Part shown: positions 43,619 to 52,822 of the stretch, in pieces
Layout of the letters: each line of letters begins with the position of its first letter
Position numbering within the stretch: position 1 is the first letter of the stretch
Assembly (NCBI GenBank): GCA_028711345.1
Contig: JAQTSK010000001.1
Location: forward strand, 11,961 to 75,960
Origin: Candidatus Peribacteraceae bacterium
GTDB lineage: Bacteria; Patescibacteriota; Gracilibacteria; Peribacterales; Peribacteraceae
DNA: 64,000 bases
Direction of reading: 5' to 3'
Translations under genes and position numbers: made by a program
Notes under the pieces: generated by a model
The model's database searches: none
The model's input: the letters and a program-made list of their open reading frames with translations, nothing else
Told to the model about the DNA's origin: nothing

Positions 43619-43727
43619 GAGGATGAGAGGATCGTCAGTTTCTCTACAATCATTCCGGATCCTGCGAACATTATTTCTTGGGATTTTGTTTCTCTCCTCC
43701 TCTATTTCCTTTCATCTTCTCATCCTC
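43589..43727. repeat. GAGGATGA-word palindromic element (copy 3)
   Basis: gaggagaggatgagaggaataagaagatgagaggatgagagga faces tctctcctcctctatttcctttcatcttctcatcctc. The inner cctgcgaacat 11-mer is shared with copy 2. Confidence 0.65.
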
Positions 43728-43731
43728 GTCC

Positions 43732-44832
43732 GTGCGCCTCCTCTCCCTCTCCCTCGAATTCTTCCGCTCGTACGATCGGCTGGATTTACTGTTTGGATCG
43801 AACTCCATGCAACTGCTGGTCGGGGAGAACGGCAGCGGCAAGACGAATATTGTTGAGGCCATCGGGTACCTGTCACAGGGGAGATCCTGCCTCGGAGTGA
43901 AGCCGGAGGATGTCATCAGATGGAATGATGGTCATTTTCGCGTTCGTGCGGACGTCGTATCCGATGCAGGATCGAACAGTACGTTGGAAGTTGTGTTCCA
44001 ACAGGTTCCAAGCCGCGCGACTGCGTGTTTCTTGTCCGATGTCCGTGTCCCGTTTGCGACGTTCATCGGTTCACTTCCGGCGGTTTCGTTCCTCCCGCAG
44101 GATCTTGGCATCTTCACCGGTCCGCCGTCGCAGCGACGCGCATTCCTCGATTCCCTCCTCGTCCAGCTCGATCCAACGTATCTGCCACTTCGGATGCGTC
44201 TCGAGCGGACTTTGAAGCAGCGCAATGCGTTATTGAAGCGCATCGATTCGGGCGAGGTGCCGGAGAACGATTTGTCGATATGGGATGAGGAATTGGCGAG
44301 TGTGGGTGCCGGAATCCAAAGGGCTCGTCTGCTTCTGTCCGATTCGATCGGCAAGCAATTGCCCGCAATGCTGGCGCGGCTTGGTGAGGAATGGAAACGG
44401 ATTGAGTTCTCCTACCTCCGATCGACGTATGCACAAGATGAAGATGGCATCCGGGGGGAAATTCTGACATTGCTGAACGATCGGAGAATCAAGGATATTC
44501 CCGCCGGTACCACGACGGCCGGCCCACACCGCGATGATTGGGACGTGCTGATTGACGGCCGTTCCATGGGAATCGTCGCTTCCCGCGGTCAGCAGCGTGC
44601 GGGATTCGTCGCGCTGCTCTTCATTTCCGTTTCATTGCTAGCAGAGAGAAAGAAGGAGAAGCCGATCATCCTTCTCGATGATGTTCTCTCAGAGCTGGAT
44701 GAGGCGCATCAGGAGGTGTTGCTGAGGCATTGTTCCGATTATCAGACGATTGTCACCACGGCGCACCTGCTGCCGGGACTGAAGATCGGGGATGTGTGGG
44801 ATGTCGGATCGGGAACGGTCAGCAGAAAATGA
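43732..44832 (+). CDS. recF: DNA replication/repair protein RecF
   Basis: Walker A GENGSGKTNIVEA, GPHRDD signature and SRGQQR. I propose GTG at 43732 as the start because the track start at 43678 lies inside the repeat element. Confidence 0.7.
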   Translation: MRLLSLSLEFFRSYDRLDLLFGSNSMQLLVGENGSGKTNIVEAIGYLSQGRSCLGVKPEDVIRWNDGHFRVRADVVSDAGSNSTLEVVFQQVPSRATACFLSDVRVPFATFIGSLPAVSFLPQDLGIFTGPPSQRRAFLDSLLVQLDPTYLPLRMRLERTLKQRNALLKRIDSGEVPENDLSIWDEELASVGAGIQRARLLLSDSIGKQLPAMLARLGEEWKRIEFSYLRSTYAQDEDGIRGEILTLLNDRRIKDIPAGTTTAGPHRDDWDVLIDGRSMGIVASRGQQRAGFVALLFISVSLLAERKKEKPIILLDDVLSELDEAHQEVLLRHCSDYQTIVTTAHLLPGLKIGDVWDVGSGTVSRK

Positions 44833-44871
44833 CCAATTTCACACTGTCTCCAGCGACAAATTTCAACGTTC

Positions 44872-44938
44872 CGTAGCAGCGGTTCGAAAACCGCTGCGGG
44901 ACTCATGCATGCGGCGATTTTCGAATCGCCGCTACGGA
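44872..44938. repeat. REP-like double-hairpin element (copy 3) between convergent recF and ruvC
   Basis: Sequence is ccgtagcagcggttcgaaaaccgctgcgg...gcggcgattttcgaatcgccgctacgg. Confidence 0.7.
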
Positions 44939-44951
44939 TAATTGTGGATTG

Positions 44952-45434
44952 TTAACAGATAGCTTTTCTCGAATATGCTCCGAACAACGCCAGAGCGAGC
45001 GCATCCGCCGCATCCGGAGGGGAGGGGATTTCATTCAGTTTCAGAATTCTCTTCACCATCTCCTGCACCTGCTTCTTGTCCGCGTGTCCGTCGCCGGTGA
45101 TGGACATCTTGAGTTGAAGCGGGGTTGCGCTGATGATTTGAGTGGCATGCGTGCGGAGCGTCAGCAGAATGACGCCTCTGGCAGCAGACGTATCCATCGC
45201 CGTCCGCTTATTCGTTGTGAAGAAGAGCTGCTCGACGACTGCCAGATCCGGTTTGGTTTGTTCGAGGTATTCCGTCAAATTCTCATGGAGTTCGAATAAT
45301 CTTTCCTCAAGAGGGAGAGCAGTCGGAGTCTTGATCGTCAGCCAGTCGGTTTCGATGATCGTTCGATTCGGGCCGATGTGCAGGAATCCGAGTCCCGCGG
45401 TGGAGAGGCCGGGATCGATGCCGAGGATGCGCAT
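44952..45434 (-). CDS. ruvC: Crossover junction endodeoxyribonuclease RuvC
   Basis: MRILGIDPGLSTAG N-terminus and typical length. TACGCT lies 6 nt upstream of the ATG. Confidence 0.8.
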   Translation of the reverse strand: MRILGIDPGLSTAGLGFLHIGPNRTIIETDWLTIKTPTALPLEERLFELHENLTEYLEQTKPDLAVVEQLFFTTNKRTAMDTSAARGVILLTLRTHATQIISATPLQLKMSITGDGHADKKQVQEMVKRILKLNEIPSPPDAADALALALFGAYSRKAIC

Positions 45435-45608
45435 GACGACAGCGTACAGCGGTCAGTCGCCCGAGGCGAACCTCGCAAGCGGGCGATCAGCGGACAGTGT
45501 GGTTATAGATTGAAAAATGATGATGCAGGAATACAAGAAAGACGGCTGTTCGTCGGACTCCTCGGACTCCTAGGTTTCTTCGGATTCCTTTCTCTGAATA
45601 CTTCGATT

Positions 45609-45770
45609 CCTTAGGGAACCTCTGAAAAACTACCAAAATGTCATCCTGAGCGGAGCCACGGCATTCGCGAACGCCAGTGGCGGAGTCGAAGGATGAACAT
45701 TTTGGCTCGTTGTCATGGTTCGGCTCCGCTCACCATGACAACTTTTCTTGCTTTTTCAGAGTTTCCTTAG
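45609..45770. repeat. ~160-bp highly structured element with ~19-bp terminal inverted repeats (MITE-like or ncRNA)
   Basis: The termini ccttagggaacctctgaaaaa and tttttcagagtttccttag are inverted repeats. Inside are the stem aaaatgtcatcct/aggatgaacatttt and the hairpin gttgtcatggt...accatgacaac. Confidence 0.5.
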
Positions 45771-45820
45771 CATTAATCCGATTGAATAAAAGCCTCTTTT
45801 CTGCTAAGATTACATGAAAA

Positions 45821-47203
45821 ATGCACACCCAAACCCATCGACATTTCGTGGCGGTTCCGCTGGCGTGCCTCCTCCTGACGCTGGCTGCGGGCGTCCATGC
45901 AGTTCTGCCTGCAAGCAGTGCGGCGTTGACCGGAAGCGTATCCGTGCATGAAGCAAGGATGATCGAGGCCGGAGATATGCGACGTACTGTTGATGTCGGA
46001 TGGCGACTGCAAGGCATTCTGGAGCCCCAAAGCAGTCTGCGCATTCAGGATGACACACACGTTTCACTCGTTGCCGGTGAGGCGATTCTTTCGGTTCCGG
46101 GTTACTCGGTTTTTTTGCTGGATAGCGTCCGATCACTGATTCTTCTCGATGCCACCGTCTGGGTGCGTCGTGACGGAGACGTCTGGAGCGTCGTTCCGTT
46201 GGATGCGCCCGTTCTCCTCAAGACGTCTCACGCCGTGTCGATACTGTCGGTCGGATCACAATATCACTTGGGATCAGCGGAGAGGCAGTCGCCCGTTCCT
46301 CTCGATTGGATGCTGCAAAAAACAGCGGATGCCGCATCGCTGGCTGCGCAGGAGATTCAGACCGAAGCGGATTCACCGTCGTTTCAGGACGATCCGTTTG
46401 TTCTGGCGGTCTTCTTCCGCACGTACACTCCGTTGTCCGACGATGGCATCCGGGACCTTCTCTCGCTCGGCAGGAGACTCGATCAGTCCGGTGTCCTGTC
46501 CGGTCTCATCGCGCTGCGCCTGGGTCTCGATCCCGGACGGATCGGGGGAGAGGAAGGATCGCCCGCACTCCGGAATGCTTGCCGCCTGTCTCCGCTTGCG
46601 GATACGGGGATAGGCGCGTTGCCGGACATCGTCCGATCGCATCCGATGCCCGTTGCCGCTTGGCTGATCGATGTCTGGTCAGAGTCACTGATGCGACGGG
46701 GAATGGATGATCCGGTTTCAGGAGTGTCGATGTTCCGTGAACATCGCGATCTCCCCGTTCTTCTCAAGGAAGCGGGGTATCCGCTGCAGTCTGAAAAATG
46801 GCAGGCGGTTCTGCTGCGGGCGGAACAGGTCTTATCGCCGCTTCTGACGCCGGATCAGCGGACATCTTTGGACGCAAAGCGGATGCCCGATCAGGAAATA
46901 CATCCGCTCCAATCAAGCTCATCCGCTCCGGCTTCACCCCGGTTCACGGAGAAGCAGCTGTTCACCGTCACCCGTCAGATGCTCGCGGATCACGGCGCTC
47001 TGATGGGCTCGGCGACGCATTTGTTTCCTCTCGCCGGTCCGCCGCAGGCGGTCCGCGTCGTCGGCATCTTCATTGCGGAAGACGGCAGGGATATTCCGTA
47101 TGAGTTCATTTTCGATCCCGCCGCGCACGTTCTCTCACGGATCATCCGTGACGGCATGGAGCAGCCGAATGCCGTTCCGGTGGAGGTGTTTTTCAAACAA
47201 TAA
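45821..47203 (+). CDS. Secreted hypothetical protein
   Basis: Signal-peptide-like VAVPLACLLLTLAAGVHA. No other motif recognised. Confidence 0.4.
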   Translation: MHTQTHRHFVAVPLACLLLTLAAGVHAVLPASSAALTGSVSVHEARMIEAGDMRRTVDVGWRLQGILEPQSSLRIQDDTHVSLVAGEAILSVPGYSVFLLDSVRSLILLDATVWVRRDGDVWSVVPLDAPVLLKTSHAVSILSVGSQYHLGSAERQSPVPLDWMLQKTADAASLAAQEIQTEADSPSFQDDPFVLAVFFRTYTPLSDDGIRDLLSLGRRLDQSGVLSGLIALRLGLDPGRIGGEEGSPALRNACRLSPLADTGIGALPDIVRSHPMPVAAWLIDVWSESLMRRGMDDPVSGVSMFREHRDLPVLLKEAGYPLQSEKWQAVLLRAEQVLSPLLTPDQRTSLDAKRMPDQEIHPLQSSSSAPASPRFTEKQLFTVTRQMLADHGALMGSATHLFPLAGPPQAVRVVGIFIAEDGRDIPYEFIFDPAAHVLSRIIRDGMEQPNAVPVEVFFKQ

Positions 47204-47245
47204 AAAAGGAGCTGCGCCGGCAGCCCCTCTTTCTTTGAATCCGCA

Positions 47246-47506
47246 TTACTTTGGTGTGCCGCAGCAACTGCCGCCTTCAGTTCCTCCGCAGCACTTCTTG
47301 CATGCGACCAGCTTGTAGATGGCAGCAAGACCGACCAGCAGGTAGACGATCGCCGTGAGCGTCGGCCAGGTGCCGATCAGGAGTTCCACGACGTTCCAGG
47401 ACGGTATTCCATTGACCAGCGTACCCAAGCCGACGAGACCCCAGTTCAGAGCGCCGATGATGACCAGCGCGAAGGCAACCATGCCGAGGGGTGATTTCTG
47501 GCACAT
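47246..47506 (-). CDS. DUF378-family small membrane protein with Cys-rich C-terminal tail
   Basis: ALVIIGALNWGLVGL...IVYLLVGLAAIYKL fits DUF378. The tail is CKKCCGGTEGGSCCGTPK. The longer track ORF runs into tRNA-Ile. Confidence 0.55.
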   Translation of the reverse strand: MCQKSPLGMVAFALVIIGALNWGLVGLGTLVNGIPSWNVVELLIGTWPTLTAIVYLLVGLAAIYKLVACKKCCGGTEGGSCCGTPK

Positions 47507-47731
47507 AGTGAGAAATTGGTAAGGGATAAGACGACGATTTTTATACAGATGAATCCTCTCGGTATCAAGTGTTTGCTTTTGAGGAGTTTTCCTTTTGTGT
47601 TCCTGTAATATATTGATCAAATATTGTGAACGAAGTTGGTAGAATCCAGATCTGTTTGGAACAATCAAAGCAGGGATGATGACAGTCTGGTCGTTTCGAA
47701 CAGTTGCGTTTCCGGGAAGGGGAATGAATAT

Positions 47732-47808
47732 TGGTGGGCGATGGCTGACTTGAACAGCCGACCTCCACATTATCAGTGTGGCGCTCTAACCAGCTGAGCT
47801 AATCGCCC
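47732..47808 (-). tRNA. tRNA-Ile (GAT)
   Basis: GGGCGAT/ATCGCCC acceptor, anticodon stem CCACA/TGTGG, loop CTGATAA, CCA encoded. Confidence 0.85.
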
Positions 47809-47830
47809 GATAACTCACGAGGAAGTAAAA

Positions 47831-47933
47831 GAACCAGCTGCCTGCCCGCCGAAGCCATCCTATGATTCGAGTAACTTCAGATGCAATCGCTGTGTTCAGT
47901 GTAGCAGTAGGCGAAGGCGGGAGCTAATCGCCC
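47831..47933 (-). other. Copy of the tRNA-Ile 5' end (13 nt + 9 nt of D-arm) split by an 81-nt stem-bounded insert
   Basis: Minus strand reads GGGCGATTAGCTC [ccgccttcgcc...ggcttcggcgggcagg] CAGCTGGTT. This lies 22 nt upstream of the intact tRNA. Confidence 0.65.
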
Positions 47934-48061
47934 ACGAACACAGAAAGATCATCGGTCGGTGGCAAGATAGTGGTGCCACCGGCGGACACAAGAGTACGAA
48001 TGAGCGGGCATTCGGTCAAGCTGCTCTGGAATCTGCTATAGTCCCATGTGAGTTTTCTTGC

Positions 48062-49822
48062 ATGGTTCCTCCTGCATCCCCGTTTCGGCGCGCTCTTCAG
48101 GTCGGGTTCATTTCAGTTGCCGCAATGGCCGCTTTGCTTCTGACTGTCTGTGCTTACTCGCTGGTATATCCGGTCACAGCGAACGGCGTGGAGAGGTTCT
48201 CCAGCGGCAAGCAGAGGGCTTTTGACATGCCGCTGATGGATCTGCTGATCGAATCCGGTCATCTGCGGGGATCATTCGACATGTTCGTGCCTTCCCGGTG
48301 GTCTCCGCTCGTATTCATGCGGTACTTCCGTAACCGCACTCCCATGGATACGCTGACGGTGAACGGTGTCGGTGTCGCATTTCATCGAGATCAATTCATT
48401 ATGGATCTGTCGTCCGTCTTGCATCTAGGTTGGAACCATTTTGAATTTTCCATGCATATGGAAGACGACATCCCGTCTTTCATTTTCGGACTGGAGCCAT
48501 CCCGCCAGAATGCTGTCCCTTGGATTTACTTTTTCGCTTGCCTGACGATCATCCTCGTCTGGTACCGGCTGCTGTTGAGGATTCTCTTTCCGTCCGGTTT
48601 TCCACGTCCGATCGGCCTTGTGCTTCTCGGCGGCGTTGTCCTCAGAACGGCGTACACTTTCGCTCTTCCATACTACATCCATGCGCATGATGTCTCCGGC
48701 CATGTCGCATACCTCCAGCATGTTGCGACGCATTGGACCGTGCCCCTGACTTTTTCATCATGGCAGGCACATCAGGCTCCGCTGTACTATTTCTTCGCTG
48801 CGCCGTTCTATGCCGTCGCCGAGCGTTTCGTGTCTCCGGCACTGGCTCTCGTGTACGTACAACAACTCTCGCTTCTCCTTGCCGTCGGCATGCTATTGAC
48901 GGGAGTCGGAATACTCCGGTTCGTCTTTGGCACGGATCGTGTGCGTATGCTGCTTGGTGTTGCTTTCCTCTCCGTATTCCCCGGATTGATATTCCTCACC
49001 TCTCAAATCAATAATGATGTTCTGGTGACTTTTCTCGGATTTCTCTGGTTTCTGCAAATACTACGTGCCGTCAAATCCCGTCGCCTTTGGGATTGGGGAA
49101 TCGTCGGTCTGATCATCGGATTCGGGATTGTGACCAAGGGCAATGCACTTCTCTGGCTTCCTGTCACCGCTTTGTCGGCCGTTGCAGGAATGGATACTTG
49201 GAAACGCCGATTCTCGTCAGTGGTTCTTTCGACGCTGCTTGCAGTCGTTGTGGCATCGCCACTCCTCCTTTGGCGTCATCGTGCCGATCCCAATTACGGT
49301 CTGGTCGCGAACGCTCAGCTTCTGCAAGGGAGCAAACTATTGCAACCCTCAGTGCGCGAGTTATTTTCGTTCAATCCCATTGAAGTACTCCTTCACAGGC
49401 AAATGCTGGGGGCCGATGCAGGGGCTCGGTCGCAGAATTTCCCCGAAGCTGTTTTTCTCACATCGCAGTTCGGTTATGCGGATTTTGGACAGGAGGCATC
49501 CGTTCTGCTGGTCTTCGGGATGCTGCTTTTCCCGCTGGTTTTCCTGGGAGGCTTCAAGATGATGCGGCGCGGTGATTCTGTCCCAGTCATCATCCTCGGA
49601 TCTTTGCTGTTCTGCCTACTTCTCTTCCGCCTGAAGAGTCCGTATCTGCCTTCCCAGAATTTCCGGTACATCGTTGTTGCCGTATTGCCTCTCTCCATTC
49701 TCGTTGCCGAAGGTGCCGTTTTCTTTCGCCCTCTCCTGATCCGCGCCTTCACCCAGATGTCGGTGATTCTCTACCTCCTCTCCGCTGCGGTCTTTTTCTT
49801 CGGAATTGTGATGGGGACGTAA
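48062..49822 (+). CDS. GT-C-fold glycosyltransferase-like polytopic membrane protein (ArnT/PMT-like)
   Basis: More than 10 TM helices. A loop motif HDVSGHVAYLQH...QAHQAPLYYF resembles GT39/GT83 families. Confidence 0.4.
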   Translation: MVPPASPFRRALQVGFISVAAMAALLLTVCAYSLVYPVTANGVERFSSGKQRAFDMPLMDLLIESGHLRGSFDMFVPSRWSPLVFMRYFRNRTPMDTLTVNGVGVAFHRDQFIMDLSSVLHLGWNHFEFSMHMEDDIPSFIFGLEPSRQNAVPWIYFFACLTIILVWYRLLLRILFPSGFPRPIGLVLLGGVVLRTAYTFALPYYIHAHDVSGHVAYLQHVATHWTVPLTFSSWQAHQAPLYYFFAAPFYAVAERFVSPALALVYVQQLSLLLAVGMLLTGVGILRFVFGTDRVRMLLGVAFLSVFPGLIFLTSQINNDVLVTFLGFLWFLQILRAVKSRRLWDWGIVGLIIGFGIVTKGNALLWLPVTALSAVAGMDTWKRRFSSVVLSTLLAVVVASPLLLWRHRADPNYGLVANAQLLQGSKLLQPSVRELFSFNPIEVLLHRQMLGADAGARSQNFPEAVFLTSQFGYADFGQEASVLLVFGMLLFPLVFLGGFKMMRRGDSVPVIILGSLLFCLLLFRLKSPYLPSQNFRYIVVAVLPLSILVAEGAVFFRPLLIRAFTQMSVILYLLSAAVFFFGIVMGT

Positions 49823-49932
49823 GGGAAGTCAGGAATCAGGAAGGATCATGGTGTTGATCAATTGCAGATTGTTCGATGCCGGCACAAAGTTTGCGGGGTT
49901 CTGAACACCTTTCTCGCTTGAGCGGAGAGCGG

Positions 49933-50862
49933 CTATTTCTCGTAGATCTGCGTCACGCTCTCGCCGCTTTCCATGTGCCCTATCACCTCCGCCAGCAGCG
50001 GTGCGATGGTCAGGACTTTCAGATTGGGCAGTGCGGCCGTGTTCATCGGAATCGAGTCGGTGACGATTATTTCCTTGAAATTTGCCTTGGTAAGGTTTTC
50101 GACGGCTTTGCCTGAGAAAACGGCATGCGTCACCGCAGCGTAGATTTCAGGGTCGGCGCCCCGTTTGAGCAGCGCTTCTTTGGCGGGTGAAAGCGTCGAT
50201 CCCGTATCGATCATGTCGTCGAAAATGATGCAGGTTCTGCCTTCGATGTCGCCGACCACTTCCAGAATTTCCGCCTGATGGTGGCCGGATCGGCTCTTGT
50301 GCATGATTGCCAGATCCGCGCCGATGAGATCCGCCATTTTCTTGGCCCGCTTCGTGCCACCGGTATCCGGGGTGACGACGACGGGGTGCTTGAACTTCTT
50401 GGCCGCGAGGTACGACGCGAAGATTGGCCGGGCATCCAATGCGTCCACCGGAACCGAGAAGAATCCTTGCACCTGATCCGAGTGAAGATCCAGCGTGATG
50501 ACATGATCCGCACCGGATTCTTCCAGCAGGTGCGCGATCAATTTGGCGGAGATGGGTTCCCGCGGCAGCGCGACACGATCCTGTCTGGCATACGGGAAGT
50601 GCGGGAGAATGACGTGAACCGAAGCTGCGAAGCTCAGCTTCGCAGCCTGACACATCAGGAACAGTTCCATGAGATCTTCATTGGGGCGCTGCGTTCCCGT
50701 TTGGATGATGTAGACGCTCTTGCCGCGGAGCGTCTCTTCGTAGCGGATATATCGTTCCCCGCAACTGAAGGGCTTCAGCAATACTTTCCCCAGCGGACAC
50801 TGCAATTCTTTTGCGAGAGCGTTGGCGAGGACGGGATGGGATGATCCGGCGAAGAGCAGCAT
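49933..50862 (-). CDS. prs: Ribose-phosphate pyrophosphokinase
   Basis: DLHSDQVQGFF and the PRPP loop VVTPDTGGTKRAK. The start is set at the internal ATG because the upstream extension is repeat-encoded. Confidence 0.85.
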   Translation of the reverse strand: MLLFAGSSHPVLANALAKELQCPLGKVLLKPFSCGERYIRYEETLRGKSVYIIQTGTQRPNEDLMELFLMCQAAKLSFAASVHVILPHFPYARQDRVALPREPISAKLIAHLLEESGADHVITLDLHSDQVQGFFSVPVDALDARPIFASYLAAKKFKHPVVVTPDTGGTKRAKKMADLIGADLAIMHKSRSGHHQAEILEVVGDIEGRTCIIFDDMIDTGSTLSPAKEALLKRGADPEIYAAVTHAVFSGKAVENLTKANFKEIIVTDSIPMNTAALPNLKVLTIAPLLAEVIGHMESGESVTQIYEK

Positions 50863-50916
50863 ATGGAAGGGATTGTAGCAAAGACGATGGCTTTGACCTA
50901 CTCGATTCTTCACTAT

Positions 50917-51003
50917 GAAAAGGCAAAAGGGCAAAAGGGCAAAAGGGCAAAAAGGCAACAAGATACCTGCTTTCCCTCTTGCCCTTTTGCCTTCTTGCCT
51001 TCT
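50917..51003. repeat. Hairpin built from GGCAAAAG-type words and their complement
   Basis: gaaaaggcaaaagggcaaaagggcaaaagggcaaaaaggcaac faces ccctcttgcccttttgccttcttgccttc. Lies between divergent prs and 51027. Confidence 0.7.
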
Positions 51004-51026
51004 TTCGTCTCGCCTATACTCTCCCC

Positions 51027-51569
51027 ATGCACGTTCGCGCTTCCATGTGCCGGGGAATGCCTGTCGTCGATGACGGTACGCAGGAAGTCGTCGCATTTCT
51101 CGGGGATCCGGTGCTGGATCCCGATACAGGAAACATTCAGGGATTCTTCGTCATCGGAGCGTTTTCGCGTCACACGCTGTTTCTCCAAACCGTCGACATC
51201 ATCGGGTGGGGGATGCAGGTGCACATCAGAGGCGAAGATCGTCTCGCTCCTCCGGAGGATCTTGTCCGCATTCGTCTGCTCTTAAGCGACGGACGGACCA
51301 TTCTGGGGCAGCCCATCCGGACCCATGAGTCGAATGTCACGCTCGGCAGGTGCGATGACATCCAGTTCAACACGCACCATTTCACATCGGAGTGGCTGTT
51401 TCCCCGCAGGTTCTTTCTTTACCGTCAGCCCGTACCGGTGACCGAGATCGTCGAAGTCACCCCCGATGCCGTTTTCGTCAATGATCCCCTGCGTCCCACC
51501 AAAGCGGTCCGCAGGAAGCAAGAGAGAGAGGAGGATGTGAGGGTGGCTGAAGTGATAACGCCTGCATAG
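51027..51569 (+). CDS. Hypothetical protein, possibly PRC-barrel-like (two repeats)
   Basis: Two similar ~80-aa segments (G.PV.D......LG...D...D). TATACT lies 6 nt upstream of the ATG. Weak call. Confidence 0.3.
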   Translation: MHVRASMCRGMPVVDDGTQEVVAFLGDPVLDPDTGNIQGFFVIGAFSRHTLFLQTVDIIGWGMQVHIRGEDRLAPPEDLVRIRLLLSDGRTILGQPIRTHESNVTLGRCDDIQFNTHHFTSEWLFPRRFFLYRQPVPVTEIVEVTPDAVFVNDPLRPTKAVRRKQEREEDVRVAEVITPA

Positions 51570-51718
51570 CGCTCTGTTTTGGAATGCCCACGACAATCAT
51601 CGTTTCATGAAAAGGAAAAAGGGCAAAAAGGCAAAAGATGGTTACGGACTTTTGGATGTTGCAAAAACCCCTCCCCGCGTTTGCACGGGGGAGGGGGGAC
51701 AATCCGGTCTGAAGAAGA

Positions 51719-52057
51719 TCAGAAGATATTGTTCACGAACATCACGATGACTCTTGCGAGGAGGATGATCACGATACCGGCGATGACGTAGATGATGGTG
51801 GTCTTCGCTTTATCCTTTTCTCCCTCGTCACCACCCGAGACGATCAGACGGATGCCCGCGATGATCACGAAGAGCACCGCGATGATGAGGATGAAATCCA
51901 GCACGTAGGTGATCACTGTGACGATAGCGTTCTTGATGTCGACGTCAGAGGAGAGTCCTGGGATGGGATTTGGATCCGACAGAGCGGCAAATGCTTTGCC
52001 TACGAACAATTGAGAAGCCGCGACGGCTCCGGAGACTTGAGCAAGAAGATGCTTCAT
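51719..52057 (-). CDS. TrbC/VirB2-like type IV secretion pilin
   Basis: Signal peptide followed by two long hydrophobic helices separated by a short charged loop (SGGDEGEKDKAK). ~110 aa. Confidence 0.45.
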   Translation of the reverse strand: MKHLLAQVSGAVAASQLFVGKAFAALSDPNPIPGLSSDVDIKNAIVTVITYVLDFILIIAVLFVIIAGIRLIVSGGDEGEKDKAKTTIIYVIAGIVIILLARVIVMFVNNIF

Positions 52058-52217
52058 AGGAGGGGAGAAGGAAACAGGCGCATTATTACGACATCGATCT
52101 TTTCACGCAAGAGCATTTGAGAAGAGGTATCGGAAGAGCGGGATCGGCGCTTTACGTGCGGACGGAAGGAAACGAATACGGAGATCCCTTAAGCCAGATG
52201 TTACTGCGTCCTTTCCG

Positions 52218-52778
52218 TCATTCCGAGTTCTTGATAAACCCGATTGTGACGATCAGGAATGCCGGAAGGGCATACCACAGATCCTGATTCAGTATCAGCA
52301 GGACAGCCAGTGTGCCTTTGTGCAGCTGCGGGCCGGCGACGGATGCCGGCAAGAAACCGCTGGTCAGGAGAGAGCTTCCTGCCGCGTAGGAGAGGATGGT
52401 GGAAGCGATGAGTCCTGAGAGCGAAAAGCCGAGCAGGCCGGTCAGGACGATGGTCACGATCGACCCGGCATCTTTTTTGTGGGAGACATCGATCCCGCTC
52501 TTCAGCACGAAGACACCGGCGCAGAGCGCGAAGAGGAATATTTTCGCGAGTGAGAGAAGGATGGGATCAACCGGGACCCCCATCGACTCGAACAGTCCGG
52601 ATCCGTGTCCTGTCAATCGTGCCAACACCCTGCCGATGCCCTCCGTCGCGATCACCGCAATGTAGGAAGCGATGATCACCGTGATGATCCGGTTCTTCCC
52701 GAGGATGAATCCGAGACTCATCAGAATGGCGAAGAAGACCACGACGGCAAGATCCCAACTGAGAGCAACGACGGGCAT
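52218..52778 (-). CDS. CvpA-like membrane protein
   Basis: Four to five TM helices with an N-terminal WDLAVVVFFAILMSLGFILG. The long upstream extension in the track is antisense to truB. Confidence 0.4.
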   Translation of the reverse strand: MPVVALSWDLAVVVFFAILMSLGFILGKNRIITVIIASYIAVIATEGIGRVLARLTGHGSGLFESMGVPVDPILLSLAKIFLFALCAGVFVLKSGIDVSHKKDAGSIVTIVLTGLLGFSLSGLIASTILSYAAGSSLLTSGFLPASVAGPQLHKGTLAVLLILNQDLWYALPAFLIVTIGFIKNSE

Positions 52779-52822
52779 GGGAAGGATGGTAGTGGATTGG
52801 AGGTTGGCACGGAAGGCATTAG

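Noticed and set aside
47246-47770. 174-aa version of the DUF378 ORF
   Set aside because: The N-terminal part runs through an AT-rich non-coding stretch and into tRNA-Ile (47732-47808). The DUF378 homology starts at the ATG at 47506.
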